The translations under genes were made by a program, and so were the position numbers. DNA of 63,782 nt, filler included, from Aduncisulcus paluster (taxonomy: Eukaryota): the NCBI GenBank assembly GCA_024181965.1. It is 8 parts of 8 records of this genome, joined end to end, with 100 filler letters (N's around TTAATTAATTAA, not from the genome) between each part and the next. Parts side by side here need not be neighbours in the genome. Positions count along the whole stretch, not along the records: positions 20,077 to 24,795 come from BQXS01012683.1; positions 24,896 to 38,308 come from BQXS01012684.1; 6 more parts are not named here. One strand, 5' to 3'. A model generated the notes under the pieces. It saw only the letters and a program-made list of their open reading frames with translations, ran no database searches and had not been told where the DNA came from. Shown here in pieces: positions 24,091 through 35,503 of this stretch (the first letter of the stretch is position 1; every line of letters starts with the position of its first letter).

Positions 24091-24795
24091 ATGGGAATTT
24101 TAGGCCTAATCAGTTACGTGAAAACCATTCCTGGTATTATTGAGAAGGTATCTCTTCACAATTTAGCCTGTGAAGAGAAGGGAAAATTGAAGTTGTGCAT
24201 TGATGGTGAATCTATTCTTTATTCCCTCATTCAAAATAATACAGACACGAGTTTTGGAGGTGAAAGTGCATCTTTGCAGGAAACTACTAGAAGATTTTTC
24301 ACTTCTTTACAAAATAGCGGCGCTAACTGCTACGTTCTTATGTCTGGTGTCTATTCCCATGAAAATGATCATGGTCTCCAAGCAAGAGCTGAAAATCGTA
24401 TTCATATCAAAAAAGAATTCATTTCCACCGCTGAATCAAGGTTCAGGAAACGTGAAAGAACCCCATTCATCATGCCCATAATGGCTAGGCGTGTTTTCAT
24501 GCAAACTCTTGATGAAATGGGTATAAAATATCGTGTTGTCGATGCTGAAACCATTAGATATGTTGCTGGTACTGCCAAGGCCAACAAATGTTTCTGTGTT
24601 GGATTCCATTCCAATTTCTTATGTATGGAGGATATCAAGGGATATATTCACTCTGATTCCATTGCTACAACTCGTGAAGGTGATGTTATGATGCGTGTTG
24701 CTGTTCCATCCCGCATTGCTGAAAACTTACGTCTCCCCCCCAGTCGTCTCCCTCTCCTCGCCACTCTTCTCTCCAATGATGCTGTCCCCTCTTGG
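24091..24795 (+). CDS. Asteroid/XPG-like PIN-domain protein, 3'-partial
   Basis: MGILGLISYV..LCIDG..FGGE..LPLLATLLSND, typical of Asteroid/FAM120 PIN domains. Confidence 0.8.
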
Positions 24796-24895
24796 NNNNN
24801 NNNNNNNNNNNNNNNNNNNNNNNNNNNNNNNNNNNNNNNTTAATTAATTAANNNNNNNNNNNNNNNNNNNNNNNNNNNNNNNNNNNNNNNNNNNN
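24796..24895. other. Artificial contig linker
   Basis: N-TTAATTAATTAA-N. Confidence 0.97.
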
Positions 24896-25865
24896 CATCT
24901 GCTTTCATATCTTAATGAGTTGGTAGTTTAGTTTTTTTTAGTTTTATTAGTCGTTCAGTTTTGTTCATTGTCTAAGGTTTGTTGATCGAACTGTGTTTCC
25001 ATATTTCTATATAGACTCTCAAATATATGAGAGATAGTTTATACCAATAGTTTATAATAATTCTTGTTTTTTCACTCTTGTTGTTTATCGTTGTTTTTTT
25101 GCATTTCTTTTTCACGCCATCCATATCATTGATAATCAAAGAATAAACCATTGCTGGTGATACCTATTATTGTTCTATTTTCGATTTAAGCTATGAGATA
25201 TCAACTTCATATCGGGGATTAATCATAATCTTCATAATATCTGACAAGGACTTGTTCGGTTCTGTGCAATCCTATTCATCACACACTTCAATATTCCCGA
25301 TCAATATTAGTTATATATACAACACACACAATTCTACATTGGTTTGGATACGAGGAATAATGTTGAATGAACACCAATCGCAAGGCATATGAGGGAATAT
25401 CACCCATTTCACGACGTGTTTCTCCTTCCTAAATGAAAATAGAAAGTCGATGTTCTAAAAATAGATTTTCTAAAAATAGAAATACAATTTACTATTTCAG
25501 TCAATTTCATCATATTTACACATTTTCCATCGATATTAATCAACAATTCATACATATCATGCAAAATAGCTGATGTTTCAATTCTCATTGAATGTGAAGT
25601 TTCCATGATATGTATTGGAGAGAAAACGAGGTTCCAAACCAATATTTGATAAAATAGGATCAAATACCCGCATATCCATGAAAATAGACAAACCAAAGTT
25701 CTAAAAATAGAAAATCTAAAAATAGAATTTTCAAATTATCGAATGTTCCTATGATTTTATCCCCCCAATTCATGTTTTATCGTTTGTTAAATGTATGATC
25801 ATTGAAATTAGATAATTGTTCAACGTTTTTTACCTTTTCTTTCATTCTCCTTATTGTAAGGACTT

Positions 25866-27211
25866 CTATAGGAATTGAGAATACATCTCTTTCCAAATTT
25901 GGAAAATAGAACGAGCAGGAACATATTTTCGGAATTCAATTAACTTCGTTTCGATTTCTTTTTGATTAGGTTGCAATATTAAAGAACCAACCCCATAAAC
26001 TGGACCAAATATAGAAGGGGTTGGCAACCTCGAATAACCCTTTAGATTTGGATGAATTGTGTTTATAAAATGGACAATACGCATTGCACACATCTGAATG
26101 ACTCCCTTCACGATTGGGTTACCATCAAAGGATCCACATTCCGGCATACGAATGGAAAAAGGTCGAATAAAGAGTTGAGAAACATATGGTGTACACTGAA
26201 ATTGAGCAGAATAGTAGTTCCGTAATTGTAATCTCTTTGGTGAAGGTTTTTCAAATAGTTCAGACCTCAAATTCCCGAAGAAATTCGATTGATATGTGAA
26301 TATTTCTTTACATTCAGGTGGATTTGGTATTAAACGGTGGCTAAATCCATAAGGAAGCCAAAGACATTGAGTGTGATGTTTAGTTGGACCATCAAAAACG
26401 TGTAACAATTTGCTTGAAGTAGAAATAGTGACATTTTCATCTTTCAACATACTCTCAAGAAATCCTTGAGTTGGGGGCAAGAAAGCTGCAATGAACTTTG
26501 TGAGTTCCCTTGCAAAGTTTTCTTTGGTAATTTGAAAATGAATATCACCCTTTCTTTCAAATTCAAGAGGATCTACATGCAGGTAGAATGGCAGGATTTC
26601 TATGTATCGAAGCATTGAACCAGACGTATTAGAGTTCCCAGTCTATAATTATTATGTGTGACTGCTCCTTTGTAATGGGTCGAGTATTTTGAGTACGTGG
26701 AACTCCTGATATAGAAATCAGCATAGACTGACCTGTAATGTGTCGATATTTTGAGATACGTGGAGCTCCTAATACCCATATCGCATCATTATCGGTGAGA
26801 GCATCTGAACATATGAATTTAACAGATATTAGATCCGGTGAACTCATCATAGATATTTCTTCTTGGCAAGACTCATGGGTGAAAAGATTCTTTCCAATCT
26901 GTTTGTTGGTAAAGTTGACAAAGTTTCGTTATAATCTTCACCTGAATCAAGAATTTGAACAAAATATCTTTTCAAAATTTAACTAGATTGGATGGAAAAA
27001 CAAGTTTTCCTTTGGTATCGTGTTAGTTTTCCCAAAGTGACTGAATCATCACCCAGAATAGAAGTGGCTTATCATTTTGTAACGAATAATGGTTGAGGGG
27101 ATCTTCTCTCAATAAATCGAGAATTCTGTTTTGAAACAGATTTATATATGATAAGAACACAACTCCTCTCCATTTCATTCCAATTTTGAGATGCATGATA
27201 GAAATATTCAT
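25866..27211 (-). pseudogene. Broken coding-like region: a 249-aa ORF plus upstream fragments in other frames
   Basis: Consecutive minus-strand ORFs 27023-27211, 26629-26850 and 25866-26615 in three different frames, directly after the kinase stop. Confidence 0.4.
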
Positions 27212-27281
27212 AATACAGGCACATTTTTCAACTTGGGCATTGAAATAACCTTTTTGATTTCACATGGTGACGTTAAGAATG

Positions 27282-30200
27282 TCATATTATGTTTTCATTA
27301 TCAAACATGCCGAGAAAAGCACAGGCATTAAGACCAACACAGGCTGTTCTGGAAAGAATGAACACTGGGTGCTTTGGAGAAAGACAAAATAAATTCCCTT
27401 CCGATATATCCATGCCATAAAGACATAAAATGGCTTTCAAAGCGCAAAACAATGATAATCTTAAGAATCTATCTGGAATGATGTCCTCATGAAATGGCCA
27501 TATCCTGCTTTGTATGGCTGATAATATTGTCTGAAAATTCATTGCTCTAGCTTCTAGATCAGCAAGTTCTTCTGGAGATTCGGTTTTTAGTTTAATTTCT
27601 TTGTAAAGAGAAACAATAAAAGGGATCATATTCTCACTTGACCGTTCGAAACGTTTCATGGCAGATTGAATGATTTTTACAATCTTCTTCCATTTAGATT
27701 TTGAACAGATTTCGAAAACAGAACTTTTTCTCTCCACTGGCTTTTCTTCAATTTTCTTTAGTTTGGTGTCTTTCTGCGATTTCTCATCAATAGGTCTTAT
27801 TTTTACCTCTTCTTCAGAATCATCCTCTTTCTCGTTCTCTTCCTTTCCATCTCTTTTTTCTTCCTCCTCTTCTTCAACATCTTTTCCTCCATCCACTTTC
27901 TTTCCTTCGTTTTCGTTTTCAAACATGCCGAGAAAAGCACAGGCATTAAGACCAACACAGGCTGTTCTGGAAAGAATGAACACTGGGTGCTTTGGAGAAA
28001 GACAAAATAAATTCCCTTCCGATATATCCATGCCATTAAGACATAAAATGGCTTTCAAAGCGCAAAACAACGATAATCTTAAGAATCTATCTGGAATGAT
28101 GTCCTCATGAAATGGCCACATCCTGCTTTGTATGGCTGATAATATTGTCTGAAAATTCATTGCTCTAGCTTCTAGATCAGCAAGTTCTTCTGGAGATTCG
28201 GTTTTTAGTTTAATTTCTTTGTAAAGAGAAACAATAAAAGGGATCATATTCTCACTTGACCGTTCGAAACGTTTCATGGCAGATTGAATGATTTTTACAA
28301 TCTTCTTCCATTTAGATTTTGAACAGATTTCGAAAACAGAACTTTTTCTCTCCACTGGCTTTTCTTCAATTTTCTTTAGTTTGGTGTCTTTCTGCGATTT
28401 CTCATCAATAGGTCTTATTTTTACCTCTTCTTCAGAATCATCCTCTTTCTCGTTCTCTTCCTTTCCATCTCTTTTTTCTTCCTCCTCTTCTTCAACATCT
28501 TTTCCTCCATCCACTTTCTTTCCTTCGTTTTCGTTTTCAAACTTTCCATCTGTTGCATCCTTTTCGCAATCAACAAGACGACTATCAAAATCCACTGGTT
28601 TTGGGACTAAAACTTCAGAATGAATATCACAGGACTCATCAATATTGAAGACATCGCCATGGATTTTGCGATGAGATCCAACAATATCATCAATAGATGG
28701 ACACTTCCACCCTTCTCCAATCTTTGGAAGGAAACATTTGATGATTTTAACTTTCTCACGAGCATCATGAACACTCATTCGTTTGTCAATATCATACATT
28801 GTCAGACCTTCGAAAATATCATTCAAACAAGAATAGATTGGTCTGAACTTCCCACCTTCAATAGTCTTGAGGGATCTAAACAGAGGAGAATGGGAGAGTT
28901 TGGGACCGACATTTTTAGATAATATGCGTTTTAGTTCTGCCACATAGTCAGTTGGATCCTCGATTTGTTTGAGAAGAGGATTTTGAGACATAGGATCACA
29001 ACACAAAAACAATGCAAGAATTGACATTCCAAGAGAATAGCCATCACTCTCTTGAATGCATGTTCCCTGGAGGGCTTCAATAGACATATATCCAAGAGTT
29101 CCACAAACTTTACGCTTTGTTTTAGTCTCGGGAGCAGAAGACACTGAACAAAAGCTCTTTGAAGAAATGGAAGTAGAGACTGAATTGTTAATGTGAGCGA
29201 TTCCAAGATCACCAAGAACAACAATACATTCTCCATCTTTTGGATCAAAACGAACAAGGAAGTTATCAGGTTTGATATCACGATGAACAAGACCCTTCTT
29301 TGCACATAACACATCGTCAAGACACTCGATCATTCCAACGCATAAGGAACAAACTTTCACAGGATTCAGTGTCATGGGATCAATAGATTCATAATCTTTA
29401 TCTTCAGAGAACGAGTCTGAATCAGAGTCTTCATCATCCTTTGCATACTTACCATCGACACACCAACTCATAGCAAACGCACTCACACTGCCTCCAGCTC
29501 TGTTGCATCCTTTTCGCAATCAACAAGNNNNNNNNNNNNNNNNNNNNCTTTCACAGGATTCAGTGTCATGGGATCAATAGATTCATAATCTTTATCTTCA
29601 GAGAACGAGTCTGAATCAGAGTCTTCATCATCCTTTGCATACTTACCATCGACACACCAACTCATAGCAAACGCACTCACACTGCCTCCAGCACAAAACT
29701 CCATGATAAATCCATAAATACCTTTCATTTCAGCATCAAGAAGATCAAGGATATACAGAGGACGTGGGATGCGGTTGAAACATTTCGGATTGTTAAACAA
29801 CTTTCGCTGAATTTTAAATTCCTTCCGACAAGTTTTTACAACTTGAGAATCTCCAACTTTAAGCATCTTCTTCAGAACACAGGGAAAAGGAATGTCATCA
29901 ACTTTGATAAGAAGAACCTCTCCGAACGCACCATTACCAATAATGCACTGAGGAGTGATGCCTGCTGAGGAAGTCAGGGTTAATGACTTGAATTTGGTTT
30001 TTGGCTGAGGTATTGCTGAAACTTTATCATTAGGATCTTGTTTGGAAGGTATTTCTTTCTTTTTTTTCTTTTCTTCTTTGTCAGGTGATGGAGGAGAAGT
30101 TGATATTTCTTTCTTTGGTAATGTAGATTCCTTGAAGAAATACGAAGGAATTGAAGGGATATCTGGCATAAAGAAAAACAGAGAATTAATTTTAAATTCT

Positions 30201-32215
30201 TGACTTTTCTTATATCTCCACGTTCCTGTCCCTTTTATCTCACATGATACAACATTATTCAAATCAATAGGAAGGAAGTGCCATTCATATTCATGTTTAG
30301 GTTTTGTGAATTTATACTTCTTGGATGTCTTCCTTCCATAACAATCAGTGAAAATGAAGAGAAGAGAGGGTGAACTAGAATTCCTATGAACACAGATATA
30401 AGCACCTTTCATTGGACAAGGTGATGGAAAAGGGATGGAAAGATGGGATAAGCGAACTTCACCTTCCCCTTTTAACATTCTTTGTGCTTGTGAACTCTGA
30501 TTATACATCTCAGATTCCTTACTCACTGAATGGCGCTTTCCGTTAACCCTTGAAAATGAAGGATGAATGATTCTTTTATCTTTAAGAGAAAATGGGAGTG
30601 TTTCATGGCTCATTTCCCCACCTGAAATATACTTCGGCTTAATTACAGGAGCTTCACTCCATATTTTCTCTCTAAATTCACGATCCATGGCTTCTTTAGG
30701 GGTTTCTTCTCGAAAGAAAGCCAGAGAATGGATTGTAATACCATCTCCTCCTGTTATATCACATTTATATACATCAGACAAATCAATTGGAAGTAAATAC
30801 CAATTTAAACCCGTCATTTTTTTAGAAAATTTATAACGAATAGAAGTTAGTGTTTTTCCCTTCCAAGAAAAATTGAATGAAAAAGAATTTCCCTTTTTAT
30901 GACGCAGACAAATATATGCACCTTTAATTGGACCTGGCGAAAATAAAATAGGCTTTCTCTCTTTTCTCTTACTTATAATTGGCGACATTTGACTTCGAAT
31001 ACAAGGGTCATCTCCAGAAATTGGAATGCATGAAGTATCTCCTTTATGTAGTAATATTGGAGATAATACACGATTTGGGCATTTATGAGGTTTTGATGGA
31101 ATACAGGAAGAAGGTATACTGGACTGAACTGTACAAGGAGTAGAAAGATCTTTATGTTGATACAAAGCACTAGATGATTTATCAACCCGGGAAAAAACAA
31201 GGCCACAGATCTGGAATCTTCTAGTATTTCTTAGTTTCTTCCCAGTCTTCTCATTCCACCTCCCTTTCCCTTCAATCTCACACAATACAACATTATCCAA
31301 ATCAATAGGAAGGAAGTGCCATTCAAAAGGATGTTTAAGTTCTGTGAATTCATACTTCTTGGATGTCTTCTTACCATCACAATCAGTGAAAGTGAAGAGA
31401 AGAGAGGGAGAACACCGACACTGATGAACACAGATATAAGCACCTTTCATGGGACAAGGTGATGGGAAAGGGATGGAAAGATGGGATAAGCAAACATCAT
31501 CTTCCCCTTTTAACATTCTTTGTGCCTCTGAACTCCGATCATAATACCTAGATTCCTTACTAAACCTGTCATTCTTACCCTTAACCATTGAGAATGAAGG
31601 ATCCACAAGATGTGGATCATCACGTGGAATGGGAATAGAATCTATACCTCCTTCCGTAACAAACTCTGGTTTCAGAACAGGAGCTTCAGACCATAGTTTC
31701 TCTCTGGCTTCACGAGATTTGATTTCTTCAGGATTTTCTTCTTTAATGAAAACAAGGGAGTTGATAAAAAACTTTTTCTTTCTTCCCCCTGTAATCTCAC
31801 ACAGAAGAACATCAGGGAGATCAACAGGAAGGAAATACCAATGACCACCTTTAAATTCAGGAAATTCGTATTTCTTGGATGTTTTCTCACCCTTTGAAGA
31901 GGTCAAAGCGAAGATGAGATGAGATGGAGTGTAATTTTCATATAAACAGATATATGCACCTTTCATCGATGAAGGTGAAGGAAAAGGAATGGAAATGTGC
32001 GTGAAAGTGACAGAAACCCATTCTCCTTTAATTAATCTTCGAGCTTCACGAGTTCTATCCTGTGTTAAATTCCTGGCTTTAAGAGTAGAAAAATCTGAAG
32101 TTTTAATATTGTTAGCATCAAGGGGAATTGGACTGCAATCTTGGTTACCTCTATGAATAAATTTCGGTTTTACAACCTGGATGTCACGATCACTATCTGC
32201 TAACCTGCGGTCCAT
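27282..32215 (-). CDS. Large protein: four repeat domains, DLG kinase and duplicated C-terminal region; split by a gap artifact at about 29499-29690
   Basis: ATG 32215 (MDRRLADSD); repeats LSHLSIPFPSPCPMKGAYICV..WHFLPIDL; IIGNGAFGEV..HRDIKPDN..DLG..VCGTLGYMSIE; the two ORFs overlap in sequence duplicated across the N gap. Confidence 0.88.
27301..28542. repeat. 618-bp in-frame tandem duplication in the kinase C-terminal region
   Basis: 27301-27918 versus 27919-28536; TCAAAC at all three boundaries; three substitutions seen. Confidence 0.9.
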
Positions 32216-32910
32216 TTGAGTTCTTGCTTTTGTTAGTTTGGAATCAAAAAATAGACCAAGAATATTTGAAAGACTTTTGTGAATAAATTGTAAAAATAAA
32301 AGATTTCGAGAGAAAACAGGCACGACAAATATTGTCCAAAAAAAATAGGATATCAATGGATAAAGAATGTAAAAAAAAAAGAAAAAAAGTTATACAAGAG
32401 GTAAAATTATGTTGAACATACCAGAAATGTTTCTTAAGTCTTGCAAAATTGAAAGTTTGAAAAATTTAGCTGAGGCCAGAAGTTACTCACGTTAAAAATC
32501 TGAATAACAATTGATTTGATGTTAAAATCGTCAAAATATCCCATAATTCGTTCATTACAGTTGAATATTTTTATTATCACTGATAATAGGCTGGCAGCCT
32601 TGAAACAAAGCTTCGAACGATAGTAGAGTATAAAATGAAAAGAATCTATTTTAAAAGATTTTACACAACTTTTATAATATATTAAAAAGTTTTATATTTC
32701 AATTTAATATCGCAGAGATCAATAATCACACAGATTATTAATATTTCTTTATATATCTAGAATAGAGTATAAGGTGAGAGTTATCAATTGTATCGATACG
32801 ATAATAATTTCTTTATGTAATCTATCAGAACTGGAGCAATGGATTGGAAATTCAAAGCAACAACAACAATAAGTATTGACGTTGAACAGTGATGAATCAG
32901 ATTGAATTGT

Positions 32911-35280
32911 TTAGTCCTCTTCAACATAACCTGCAGCATCAATGACTTTGAATCGTCTGCCTTGAATGCCTCTCAATCCACTTCCGACCCTCCCTTTTCC
33001 TTTGGCAGGAGGTCTCGGCGCCTGAGGGAGCATTTTCCCTCTATGAATCACATGGGGATAGAACGAGGGTGCAGGATTAAAGGGAGGTTGTATCGGTGCA
33101 GGTTTCCTTGAATCTGAAGAGCCACCATCATACAGTTTCGAGCCGGCATCCTTCGGCTTACTTTCTGAGGGAACCGTGGAAGCTTGGTCAAACTCAATCG
33201 TACTAACAGACATATCAAAAAGCTGAGTCCCCTTCATTCCAGCAATATCACAGGATGAATCATCCGGTTTTCCGGTTTTGGCCGTCTTATCCATCGATGA
33301 TCTAGCTCCAGCATAAACTCCACTCATTCCAATACCTCCTCCTCCCTCCTGGGATACTCCCTCTTGGGATACTCCCTCCTGGGATACTCCCTCTTGGGAT
33401 ATTCCCGATATTTTATCTGATACCTCCCTTTTCTCGGCAGTATCGGTTGGGAAAGCTGAAGAAGAAGTTAATTGCCCACTTCCAAAATTGGCCGTGGTAT
33501 CTCTTTCCCTTTCGTAAATTTGAATATCATCATCAAGGATCTCTGCACCATCCTGCCTTCGAAGGGACGGCATTAAACTCGACGAATCCCCTTGTTTCTC
33601 CTGGTTTGTACTCTGTGTTATGATACCAACATGTCCGTATTGAGGTCGCATAACACTCTGTCCTTTGCCTCGTGCACTGCCATTATGCACACTCGCACCA
33701 TGGGTACCTTGGGTGCCCTGACCGCGCTGAGTACCCAATTTGTAGGTAGAAGATCCATAGGAAATGAAGGTACTTGTGAATGAATCAAGAGTCTTTGACA
33801 GATGCTTCTTCTCTTTCTTCTCTTCCTCCAACTGACGTTCAAGAACACGAACACGCTTCTCTTGTTCCTCTGCAATGACTCTAAGTTGAGTAAACTGCGC
33901 CCGCGACCTTGGCCGCTCGGTGTGTGACATTGTGACTACGAGAGCATGTTTCTTTTTTTCCAGCTCTTCACGACATATTTTAAGATCATCTTGAAGTTCT
34001 TGAACCTCTCGTTCAAGATCTATAGCTTTATCACGCCAGTATTGACGCTCCTCAACTAGATTTCCCTCTTTCTGACGCCATTCGAATAGAGTTTTTGCAT
34101 CCTCAGTGTCTCGAGCCATTAGCTCTTTTGTCTTATTCTCAAGCCTTGTCAACAATTCACTTACACGTTCTTCCAGGACCTTGCTTTGCACCTTTGCTTT
34201 CATCATAATCATTCCTTTGACAGCATCTAGTTGACGTGCATGAAACCTCTTCTGCTGCTCAGTTTCGAGAGTATGACGCATGATGAGAGCTTGGTAATCA
34301 CTGCCATCAATCAAACGCATGATCTTTGCATCTTTCGCAGCAATCACACTATTCAATAACTGATTCTTGTAGCGAACAACATACCGAAGCTCAAGATCAA
34401 ATTTGAGGAGTAAAGACGATAACCTATCCTCAAATCTCGACATTTCAGAGTGAACAAGCATTTCAGCATGAGATCTAAACTCATTAAACCTATCCAATAA
34501 TGTAGAAAGGGCAGCTTGATGTTCACGTTGGGTTCTAACCCGCTCTTCCTCGGAAGCTCTTCTGTATACCGCAAATTTGCTTTCAAGAGCATGATATTTG
34601 GCCATGGCTGCAGCCCGAAGGTTAGCAGTGGCAAGCTCAGCAGATGCAATTCTTGAAGTGAAGTCGAGTTTAGCTTTGGCTGACATGGCCTCAGTGGAAT
34701 GCAGCCGTTGTTCAAGTGCAGAACGTTGACGTTGAAGCTTTTGCAAATTAGATTTATACAATTCAATATCTTGACTTCTCTTAAGAATCTCTTCGTCATC
34801 TTCTTTATCTCCAGACAATTTTTTTGTCAATTCATCATTTTTTGATTTGTAATATGTCAATTCACTTTCGAGATGGGCAATACTAGCCTCGTTCTCTGAT
34901 ATTTTAACGGTGAGAGATTCATTTTTGGAATTAAATTCAATTGAAAGATTTTGAGCATCGGCCAATGATTTTTGCAGCCGTTCCATTGAAGAGACATGTT
35001 GAGATATAGTAGCAGCAGATTGAGACAGCTCCAAAGTTAGAGCTTCATTGTCAGCCCTTAAATTTTCAATTTCATCCATTAACTCAAGTTCTTTAGAATC
35101 TTTTGACATTTTATATTTTCCATCTCCTTCCTTATGTGAAGTATCTTGTACAACAAGCTCTTCAGCCTTCGAAAGACTCTGTGAAGCTTCATAAGAGAAA
35201 ATACGTCGTTTAGTATCTCCCAATTCAGCTTGCAACTCTATTAGAGCTGCATAAGTTTTTTGTAATTCTTCAACACTCAT
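32911..35280 (-). CDS. Long coiled-coil protein
   Basis: 789-aa ORF, heptad-rich; SQEGV 15-bp repeats near 33343-33402. Confidence 0.8.
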   Translation of the reverse strand: MSVEELQKTYAALIELQAELGDTKRRIFSYEASQSLSKAEELVVQDTSHKEGDGKYKMSKDSKELELMDEIENLRADNEALTLELSQSAATISQHVSSMERLQKSLADAQNLSIEFNSKNESLTVKISENEASIAHLESELTYYKSKNDELTKKLSGDKEDDEEILKRSQDIELYKSNLQKLQRQRSALEQRLHSTEAMSAKAKLDFTSRIASAELATANLRAAAMAKYHALESKFAVYRRASEEERVRTQREHQAALSTLLDRFNEFRSHAEMLVHSEMSRFEDRLSSLLLKFDLELRYVVRYKNQLLNSVIAAKDAKIMRLIDGSDYQALIMRHTLETEQQKRFHARQLDAVKGMIMMKAKVQSKVLEERVSELLTRLENKTKELMARDTEDAKTLFEWRQKEGNLVEERQYWRDKAIDLEREVQELQDDLKICREELEKKKHALVVTMSHTERPRSRAQFTQLRVIAEEQEKRVRVLERQLEEEKKEKKHLSKTLDSFTSTFISYGSSTYKLGTQRGQGTQGTHGASVHNGSARGKGQSVMRPQYGHVGIITQSTNQEKQGDSSSLMPSLRRQDGAEILDDDIQIYERERDTTANFGSGQLTSSSAFPTDTAEKREVSDKISGISQEGVSQEGVSQEGVSQEGGGGIGMSGVYAGARSSMDKTAKTGKPDDSSCDIAGMKGTQLFDMSVSTIEFDQASTVPSESKPKDAGSKLYDGGSSDSRKPAPIQPPFNPAPSFYPHVIHRGKMLPQAPRPPAKGKGRVGSGLRGIQGRRFKVIDAAGYVEED

Positions 35281-35503
35281 TCAGAATTCATATATCAGCG
35301 GAAAAAGGATCCCGTTTATTTGGACTGCCTTCCTGAATAAAAATCAAATGATCAAATTTTAAAATTGATAATATATCGAATTTAATTGGGACTCAAATAT
35401 CCAGATATTTTATTTTACCAATATAAAGTGAAATAGAAATTTTTCAGACAATTTGCCGGCATCCAAATTATCTTGGGTAATATTATATATTGAAAAACTT
35501 TGT

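Noticed and set aside
29356..29690. Apparent two separate kinase genes
   Set aside because: The overlap around the gap splits one gene.
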